Below, one piece after another: positions 7,248-12,621 of a stretch of 12,621 nucleotides of DNA. The first letter of the stretch is position 1. Each line of letters begins with the position of its first letter. The notes beneath the pieces are model-generated. The model ran no database searches. It was not told where the DNA came from and saw only the letters and a program-made list of their open reading frames with translations. The stretch is taken from the IMG/VR virus record IMGVR_UViG_2872180393_000003, positions 1 to 12,621 of that record; one strand, 5' to 3'. Position numbers and translations under genes: made by a program. Origin of the DNA: a virus (taxonomy: Duplodnaviria > Heunggongvirae > Uroviricota > Caudoviricetes).

Positions 7248-7718
7248 TTACGGAGCGATATGAGACGCGCCCGCGTCTTTTTTCATATCGTTTGCACAGT
7301 CACATTCGCGATTTATGGTGGGCTGTGTGGGGGAGCCGAAACCGATAACCATTTCTTTGTTGAAGAGACAAAGCGAGCAGGCCAGTCCGATCGCGGTCCA
7401 ACTGAGCCCCATTTCACGGGATTTTTCGGTAATACCATTCTCCCGATTGCTCCAGCGTTCCATAATCCAGTGGATCCACTCCTCCTGCTTAGGGAAGAGT
7501 AAAAACGGAATGGTCACCGGCAGGCCATAATCAATATTACGCGGGTCCGTTGTCATGCCCCAGCCGATAATGAACTGAGCCGGGTTGGTACGGTAAAACT
7601 GTTTTAGTGCAGGCAATATTTCAGGATTCTGGCGAATGCGCTGTAGGCGTTCCATCCGCCATTCAAAAACCATCTGGTAATCAGGATGTTTAAAATCGAA
7701 GGGGAATGGTAACGGCAT
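7248..7718 (-). pseudogene. phage terminase large subunit, N-terminal fragment only
   Basis: ATG 7718 overlaps the terminase small subunit stop. The N-terminal 125-130 aa look terminase-like (...[13 protein letters not shown]...), but the ORF stops after 156 aa where terminase large subunits are 400 aa or more. The last ~30 codons run through junction sequence containing a hairpin. Confidence 0.65.
7263..7283 (+). terminator. orphan terminator-like hairpin with T6 tail, plus strand
   Basis: AGACGCG-CC-CGCGTCT followed by TTTTTT. There is no plus-strand gene upstream, and it is not terminator-like on the minus strand (A-run precedes the hairpin). Confidence 0.35.
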
Positions 7719-7720
7719 AC

Positions 7721-8278
7721 TTAGCCCATCATTTTTCTATACACCTCTGCGGCCTGCTCAGGCGTTAATTTGGTAATTTCTGTTCTGACTGGTCCTCCGT
7801 CAGCGCCAGTCACTTCATTTTTGACGTTGTCTTTAAACGCCTGAACAGAAACATGACGCCCAAGCAACTCAAGGTTTTTAACCTTATCAGGCCATTTGAT
7901 TTTCTTCAGAAGTGCGGCGCTATCTGCGGATACCATCTCCACGACATCCATTCCTGATAGCGTTGTGCGCCATACCTTCTTAGGCCAGTCTTTAATGGGC
8001 TTTAGCTCACCGTTTTGCAAGAGAATGTCGAGCACATCCATCTGGTCGATTTCAACCAATCTACGAAGAACATAGGCGGCATCTATACCCGTCTGCTCAA
8101 CGCGGGCGGATTTAAGTTCAGCAACGAATTTTTGAACATTAACATTTGCTAATAATCGAGATGCCTGCTCATTGGCGGTCTTCTCGCTGTAGCCCGCCCT
8201 GATAGCTGCCTGTGTGCCGTTCAGATCTTTCAGGTACTCACGGGCAAACAGCTCTTGTTTGTCGGTGAGCTTTGCCAT
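7721..8278 (-). CDS. phage terminase small subunit (P27-type)
   Basis: 185 aa [43 protein letters not shown]..., the N-terminal signature of P27-family small terminases. GGAG lies about 9 nt upstream of the ATG. Confidence 0.85.
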   Translation of the reverse strand: MAKLTDKQELFAREYLKDLNGTQAAIRAGYSEKTANEQASRLLANVNVQKFVAELKSARVEQTGIDAAYVLRRLVEIDQMDVLDILLQNGELKPIKDWPKKVWRTTLSGMDVVEMVSADSAALLKKIKWPDKVKNLELLGRHVSVQAFKDNVKNEVTGADGGPVRTEITKLTPEQAAEVYRKMMG

Positions 8279-8300
8279 TATTTGTGCTCCGTTTATCCGT

Positions 8301-8380
8301 TAAAAGGGATATCAGTTAAGTTATCCCGTGTAGGGTATAAGCCATTATCAAGCCCACCAGTAGATGGGCTTTGTAATGGC
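8301..8380 (-). other. structured intergenic region upstream of terS: compound inverted repeat plus a hairpin with T-run
   Basis: 8341-8380 is GCCATTA-caa-AGCCCA-8 nt-TGGGCT-tga-TAATGGC (7-bp outer and 6-bp inner stems). 8306-8327 is GGGATA-10 nt-TATCCC, followed on the minus strand by TTTT. Confidence 0.4.
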
Positions 8381-8637
8381 TACTTCGCTTTTGCTTCCGC
8401 TCGCTTACGCCGGCGCTCTTCTTTCCTCTCGGCTTTTGCCATGTCCATGAATGTCTGCATGATCGAGTTCCGCATCATGTAGCTAACAAAGTGATGATTG
8501 ACACAGCCGTTGAGGCGCAGCTGCTCGCCAAACTCATCCACCGAGGCCAATGCTTCCATCATGCCCTTCTCGCCTTTCATGAACTCTGAGAAGTCGCGCC
8601 CCGCTCTGGAGGCGCATTCAATGACACGATCACTCAT
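8380..8637 (-). CDS. small basic protein of unknown function, co-transcribed with the KilA-N gene
   Basis: 85 aa with a lysine/arginine-rich C-terminus (KAERKEERRRKRAEAKAK). Its ATG overlaps the KilA-N stop (ATGA). No function recognised. Confidence 0.5.
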   Translation of the reverse strand: MSDRVIECASRAGRDFSEFMKGEKGMMEALASVDEFGEQLRLNGCVNHHFVSYMMRNSIMQTFMDMAKAERKEERRRKRAEAKAK

Positions 8638-9131
8638 CCCGGAAGCCCGGGGATCGTTATCTGCAGCTGGTTAGCCAGGGAGTTAATCTCAGCGACCAAC
8701 ACTGGCTTCGTATAGCGCCATGCCGCCAGCCCTTGTCCACAGAAGTTCGCCATATCTTTTTTCTGATCAAACTCATGACACTTCATATTGAGCTGCGCAC
8801 TTAAGCTGTTGCGATGCTGAAGTTCTCCGGTGAAGTAGTCATCCAGGACTTTATAGGCTGCATATTTAAATCCGGGGTTTAGCCATGCTGCATAATCATA
8901 AGCAACAAACTTCCCGCCATATGTTCCACCGTGTACACCGCGCTCAGTAAAAACCACAGATTCGTGGTTTTTCTCCAGCTCGGCTAAGAACTCTTTGGTC
9001 TGCTTGTTTCGCAGGTAGTGGTACGGAGATTCAGATTCACTTTTACCACTGGCTTTCCACATATCAGTGAGGCAGATCATTCCTGATTCATCAACACGGA
9101 TCGGTGTATTAAAAAGCGTGATTGCTTTCAT
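8634..9131 (-). CDS. KilA-N domain protein
   Basis: 165 aa whose N-terminus (MKAITLFNTPIRVDESGMICLTDMWKASGKSESESPYHYLRNKQTKEFLAEL) looks like a KilA-N/APSES-type DNA-binding domain. Sits between the lysis cassette and terminase, a common cargo position. Confidence 0.65.
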   Translation of the reverse strand: MKAITLFNTPIRVDESGMICLTDMWKASGKSESESPYHYLRNKQTKEFLAELEKNHESVVFTERGVHGGTYGGKFVAYDYAAWLNPGFKYAAYKVLDDYFTGELQHRNSLSAQLNMKCHEFDQKKDMANFCGQGLAAWRYTKPVLVAEINSLANQLQITIPGLPG

Positions 9132-9336
9132 GGCGTCTTTACCTTTTAGAAAGATGAGCCTGTTCGCACAGAAAAGCCGTCCCCGAGATGGTCGCCACCA
9201 TATACGGCAATTCTCAGGCTCAGCTTTCTGAAAGACTCGGGGTTTATATGCGCTGCGATGCGCGGTTTACTGCGGACATATAAAAGCCCCGCAAGTGCGA
9301 GGCTCATTAAATGGACTTTGTGATTTGCAAAAAAAT

Positions 9337-9804
9337 TTATTTCAGGCACTGAGTCCTGATGTACTCCTGAAGCATTCTCAATGCTGTCTGGTCGCTGATG
9401 ATTCCGTCCCGGATACCGAGAACGTTTCGTCCAGCAACTGGAGAGAGTTCGACGGTGGCATCATTGCCCATGCCGGAGGCGCTGGAGGTTTCGGCTGAGG
9501 ATGGCACAGGGCATTTTCCTTTGACGAGCACCCGACCACCATTATCAAGCTTGCGCCGAAGAGCATCATTTTCAGCTTTCGCATTGGCTAACTCCTTCGT
9601 GTATTTAGCATCGAGTGCATCAGCAGCACGCTGGCGCTGCTGCATGTCAGTAATGGTTGCGTTCGCCAGCTTCAGTTCTCTTGCGTTTTTGTCGCGCTGC
9701 TCTTTGTAGGTAATGGCGTTATCACGGTAATGATTAACAGCCCATGACAGGCGGACGATGATGCAGATAACCAGAGCGGAGATAATCGCGGTGACTCTGC
9801 TCAT
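9337..9804 (-). CDS. Rz: Rz (i-spanin)
   Basis: 155 aa [26 protein letters not shown]... with an N-terminal TM segment and a coiled-coil-like body. ATG overlaps the endolysin stop (ATGA). The track ORF from 9816 is over-extended. Confidence 0.8.
   Translation of the reverse strand: MSRVTAIISALVICIIVRLSWAVNHYRDNAITYKEQRDKNARELKLANATITDMQQRQRAADALDAKYTKELANAKAENDALRRKLDNGGRVLVKGKCPVPSSAETSSASGMGNDATVELSPVAGRNVLGIRDGIISDQTALRMLQEYIRTQCLK
9378..9584 (-). CDS. Rz1: Rz1 (o-spanin lipoprotein) embedded in Rz in the +1 frame
   Basis: [21 protein letters not shown]... with a lipobox (VVGC) and a proline-rich mature part ([11 protein letters not shown]), lying wholly inside Rz. Confidence 0.65.
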   Translation of the reverse strand: MRKLKMMLFGASLIMVVGCSSKENALCHPQPKPPAPPAWAMMPPSNSLQLLDETFSVSGTESSATRQH

Positions 9805-10298
9805 TGCTGCCCCCACAAACAGACTTCACGCTCAATCTCATGACGGGTCATCAGCCCTTTCCATTGCTTACCGCCAGCATATGTCCAGCGACGTAGCTGG
9901 TCACATGCGCCTTTGATATCGCCCTGGTTTATTTTGCGAAGAAGCGTCGATGTTCTGAAATTGCCAGCGCCCACGTTGTAAACGAACGAGTAAAGAGCGC
10001 CGCGCGTTGTTTCCGGTATATCGACTTTGATGTACGGGTTAATTTGTCTGGCGACAGTGGCAAGGTCTTTATTCAGGAGAGCTTTGCATTCTGCTTCGGT
10101 ATACGTTTTACCAGGCATGATGTCTTTTCCGGTGTGTCCGTGACATACAGTCCATACACCAATGATATCTTTGTATGGTATGTAGCTGACACCTTCCAGA
10201 CCATCGTTACCACCTGGGCCAGTGATTAACACAGATGCTATAGCAACAGCCCCGCCACCAATAGCAACTGCAACAGCCTTGCGTAATGATGGCGACAT
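9801..10298 (-). CDS. R: SAR endolysin (phage 21 R-type lysozyme)
   Basis: 165 aa [57 protein letters not shown]...: a glycine/alanine-rich signal-anchor-release segment followed by a lysozyme core. Confidence 0.9.
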   Translation of the reverse strand: MSPSLRKAVAVAIGGGAVAIASVLITGPGGNDGLEGVSYIPYKDIIGVWTVCHGHTGKDIMPGKTYTEAECKALLNKDLATVARQINPYIKVDIPETTRGALYSFVYNVGAGNFRTSTLLRKINQGDIKGACDQLRRWTYAGGKQWKGLMTRHEIEREVCLWGQQ

Positions 10299-10513
10299 TA
10301 TTCACCTCTCGCAGCCTTACGCTTGTCTTCTCTTAATTTGAAATACAGATTCGTCAGATAAGTCAGAAGCCCCAGAAGCAGACTTCCCAGCACACCAATC
10401 GCAGCCCACTGTGATGGACTGACCTGATCCAACCACTGCAAAAACCAGTAGCCGGCACTGCCGGCGGAGGTGCCGTAGGCAATGCCCGTTGAAATTTTGT
10501 CCATGGATTTCAT
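10298..10513 (-). CDS. S: class II holin (phage 21 S-type) with dual-start motif
   Basis: 71 aa [71 protein letters not shown]. Two in-frame starts (M1, M4) as in the S21 holin/antiholin pair. GGAGGTGAGG Shine-Dalgarno upstream; the stop overlaps the R start (TAATG). Confidence 0.9.
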   Translation of the reverse strand: MKSMDKISTGIAYGTSAGSAGYWFLQWLDQVSPSQWAAIGVLGSLLLGLLTYLTNLYFKLREDKRKAARGE

Positions 10514-10629
10514 AGCCTCACCTCCGCAAATAACGGATGGCGTAGTTCTTATATTGGGAAGGGAAAAAAAAGGCCGCAGCGTAACTGTCACTGATGAATT
10601 CAGGATAGCCAGTGGCTACGGCTCAGTTA

Positions 10630-10705
10630 TGGTGCTGGTTAACGGACTTGAACCGCTACCCATTCGCTTACAAGGCGACTGCTCTACCATTAGAGCTAAA
10701 CCAGC
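10630..10705 (-). tRNA. tRNA-Thr (anticodon UGU), 76 nt with encoded CCA
   Basis: Manual cloverleaf: 7/7 acceptor pairs, D stem GCTC/GAGC, anticodon loop CTTGTAA, T arm AGCGG-TTCAAGT-CCGTT, discriminator A plus CCA. One mismatch in the anticodon stem. Confidence 0.7.
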
Positions 10706-10710
10706 ATATT

Positions 10711-10785
10711 TGGCGGGACAGCGTGGACTCGAACCACGATAAGAAGGTTAACAGCCTTCCGTAATGACCTTTATACGACTGACCC
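10711..10785 (-). tRNA. tRNA-Asn-like (anticodon GUU), with mismatches; possibly a pseudo-tRNA
   Basis: Anticodon arm GAAGG-CTGTTAA-CCTTC and T arm CGTGG-TTCGAGT-CCACG are canonical, ending G-CCA, 5 nt upstream of tRNA-Thr. The acceptor stem has one T-T mismatch and the D stem one mismatch. Confidence 0.5.
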
Positions 10786-10974
10786 AAATAAAAAATCTCG
10801 AAAGCAGGCTCTATTCCTATGTGCTCTCGAGTTTATGATGCGCATGTCAGTGCGCTTAGCGAAAAACGCCGTAAACCCTCGCCCGACAGGGCGGGGAGCA
10901 GTCACAACTTAAAGATGAGGTGGGTAAAAAACCGAAAGAATGTGAACGGATATAAACCTGCCATTCTTGAGTCA

Positions 10975-11003
10975 AATTTACCCAACTTTATTCAAAAAGT
11001 CAA
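10975..11003 (-). promoter_or_regulatory. late promoter pR' (lambda-like), with overlapping qut-type region
   Basis: Minus strand reads TTGACT - 17 bp - TAAATT followed by TGACTCAAG, very close to lambda pR' as recalled, about 43 bp downstream of the Q stop. A weak hairpin plus T6 run (10926-10968) follows, a possible short tR'. Confidence 0.6.
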
Positions 11004-11045
11004 TATCATGCCGTTAAGATGTTGCCATCCGTGGCAATCATGCCG

Positions 11046-11422
11046 CTAACGTGTGACCGCATTCAAAATGTTGTCTGCGATTGACTCTTCTTTGTGGCAT
11101 TGCACCACCAGAGCGTCATACAGCGGCTTAACAGTGCGTGACCATGTGGGTTGGGTGAGGTTTGGGATTAGCATCGTTACAGCGCGATATGCTGCACTTG
11201 CTGGCATCCTTGAATAGCCGACACCTTTGCATCTTCCGCACTCTTTCTCGACAACTCTCCCCCACTGCTCTGTTTTGGCTATATCAACTGCCAGACCTGT
11301 TCCGTGGCAATCTCTGCATCTTGCGCCCGGCGTCGCGGCACTACGGCAATAATCCGCATAAGCGAATGTTGCGAGCACTTGCAGTACCTTTGCCTTAGTA
11401 TTTCCTTCGAGCTTTGCCACAC
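11046..11422 (-). pseudogene. Q: late antiterminator Q (lambda type), C-terminal ~125 codons only; N-terminus replaced by the IS600 end
   Basis: ...AKLEGNTKAKVLQVLATFAYADYCRSAATPGARCRDCHGTGLAVDIAKTEQWGRVVEKECGRCKGVGYSRMPASAAYRAVTMLIPNLTQPTWSRTVKPLYDALVVQCHKEESIADNILNAVTR matches the lambda Q C-terminal zinc-finger region as I recall it. The frame runs into the IS600 right end at 11423 with only a TTG start inside the IS. Confidence 0.75.
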
Positions 11423-11464
11423 TGAGGTGTACTGGCAATAGCGGACACTACCATTTGTTCTTTT

Positions 11465-12283
11465 TTAAGCAGCCATCTGATGATATTTTTCCCTGAAGGC
11501 TGCCGGGGAGATATTCCCCAGACGAGAGTGACGACGCTGACGATTGTAGAAAATCTCAATGTATTCCCGTATTACTGAGATGGCTTCATCCCGGTTATTA
11601 AAACGATAGTGGCTCAGGCTCTCATTTTTCAGCGTTCCCCAGAAGCTTTCCATCGGAGCGTTGTCGTAACAGTTACCTTTACGCGACATTGATGTTTTCA
11701 GACCAAACTGCTCCTGTATGACCCGGTAATCGTATACGCAGTACTGTGAACCTCGATCAGAGTGGTGGATTAGCCCGGCAGGTGGGCGCTGGCTCCTGAG
11801 CGCCATAAACAGGGCTTTACCTGTCAGCTCTTTTGTCATTCGCTCTCCCATGGCGTAGCCGACAATTTCGCACGTATAAACATCTTTGATGCCAGCGAGG
11901 TACAACCATCCCTCCTGTGTGGCAACATACGTCAGGTCCGCCACCCAGACCTGATTTGGTGCTGTAGGAGCGAACGTCTGGTTCAGCAGATTTGGCGCAA
12001 CTGGCAGATTGTGGTTCGGGTTCGTAGTCGCTCTGAACTTGCGTTTCTGCTTACAGCGTAGCCTTAGCTCCTTACGAAGACGTGCCAGTCGGTCACGACC
12101 AACGATGATGCCATTCTCTGCCAGCTCCGTCTGGAGCCGCCGGGTTCCATATGTTTCGCGAGTGCGGATATGTGCCACCTTAATCTCCAGTTTTAGCCGC
12201 TCATCACTTTGTTTTCTGTCTGAGGGTTCATGCTGTACCCGGTTGTAATAACCGCTCCTGGATACACCAAATACCTGACACAT
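11465..12283 (-). CDS. IS600 OrfB (copy 2; W15R and A183V relative to copy 1)
   Basis: 272-aa ORF identical to copy 1 OrfB except for two substitutions. Confidence 0.9.
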   Translation of the reverse strand: MCQVFGVSRSGYYNRVQHEPSDRKQSDERLKLEIKVAHIRTRETYGTRRLQTELAENGIIVGRDRLARLRKELRLRCKQKRKFRATTNPNHNLPVAPNLLNQTFAPTAPNQVWVADLTYVATQEGWLYLAGIKDVYTCEIVGYAMGERMTKELTGKALFMALRSQRPPAGLIHHSDRGSQYCVYDYRVIQEQFGLKTSMSRKGNCYDNAPMESFWGTLKNESLSHYRFNNRDEAISVIREYIEIFYNRQRRHSRLGNISPAAFREKYHQMAA

Positions 12284-12318
12284 CGCTTCAATGGGAAATT
12301 GTTGTCGCCATTGTTCGA

Positions 12319-12621
12319 TTAACGCGTATTTTTCAGCGACTCCTGTGCAAAATACGCTGTTGCTTTTTTTAATATATCTCGCTCAAGGCGAGCTTCATTT
12401 AACGCCTTACGCAGTTGCAGAATTTCAGATTCCAGTTCAGCCACCGTGCGGGAACCAGGAGTACCGAGCCCTTTTCTGGCGGCGGTAACCCATTGTCCTA
12501 AAGTGCCTTCAGGAAGGGATAATCGGGAAGCGCCTTCACTGATCGAAAGTTGATTTTCAAGAACCGTTCTGACAGCTTCGGCTTTGAACTCTTTAGAGTA
12601 ACGTTGGGTTTTTCTGCTCAT
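12319..12621 (-). CDS. IS600 OrfA (copy 2); start codon is the last triplet of the window
   Basis: 100-aa ORF identical to copy 1 OrfA. The T7 run at 12364-12370 is the complement of the frameshift site. Confidence 0.9.
   Translation of the reverse strand: MSRKTQRYSKEFKAEAVRTVLENQLSISEGASRLSLPEGTLGQWVTAARKGLGTPGSRTVAELESEILQLRKALNEARLERDILKKATAYFAQESLKNTR

Larger units (their letters stand above)
11423..12621 (-). mobile_element. IS600 copy 2, inverted relative to copy 1; left ~64 bp lie beyond the window
   Basis: Reverse complement matches copy 1 from the orfA start to the right end. It differs at three positions: orfB codon 15 TGG vs CGG, codon 183 GCA vs GTA, and an A7 vs A6 run after the orfB stop. 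Confidence 0.9.

Noticed and set aside
7263-7283. Considered the GC hairpin as the terminator of the late (minus-strand) operon after terL
   Set aside because: On the minus strand the hairpin is preceded, not followed, by the homopolymer run; it is terminator-like only for plus-strand transcription.
9146-9349. Considered the 67-aa ORF downstream of Rz as a Bor-like lipoprotein gene
   Set aside because: Wrong strand for bor relative to the lysis genes, no signal peptide or lipobox, and no sequence resemblance.
10514-10629. Looked for Shiga toxin (stxA/stxB) or other cargo ORFs downstream of the tRNAs, as in Stx phages
   Set aside because: Only 116 bp separate the tRNA from the holin start and there is no ORF; the sequence resembles the lambda late leader.
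10819-11049. 76-aa plus-strand ORF
   Set aside because: Overlaps the pR' promoter region and the Q 3' end on the opposite strand; no coding signal.
1-12621. CRISPR arrays, rRNA genes, integron attC sites
   Set aside because: No regularly spaced direct repeats or rRNA-like sequence were seen; the inverted repeats are explained by IS ends, terminators and operator-like palindromes.

Overview
This window is the integrase-proximal part of a degraded, mosaic lambdoid prophage inserted inside the curli regulator gene mlrA (yehV); the host is probably an IS-rich Shigella/E. coli genome (inference from mlrA plus IS600). I did not find a clearly novel system; the most unusual structures are the IS600-bracketed rearrangement and a toxin-antitoxin cassette at a convergent junction. 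Layout, left to right: mlrA 3' portion (1-684, minus); a tyrosine integrase that is frameshifted and N-terminally cut by an IS66-family end (723-1750); an IS66-family remnant (1751-1916) cut in turn by a complete 1264-bp IS600 (1917-3180, plus). Then on the plus strand: an N-terminally truncated O-like replication protein, a DnaB-family helicase, lambda-like ninB, a phage Dam-type methyltransferase, ninE and a ninF start. At about 6.5-7.3 kb this early block meets, head-on, a late block running on the minus strand: a HigB/HigA-like toxin-antitoxin pair, a C-terminally truncated terminase large subunit, terminase small subunit, a KilA-N protein with a small basic partner, a phage-21-type lysis cassette (Rz/Rz1, SAR endolysin, dual-start holin), two tRNA genes, a lambda-like pR' promoter and a lambda-type Q gene truncated by a second, inverted IS600 (11423 to window end). 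No stx genes, CRISPR array or rRNA are present. Int, O, Q and terL are all disrupted, so the prophage is predicted to be cryptic. All homology calls rest on recognition from memory, not database searches.
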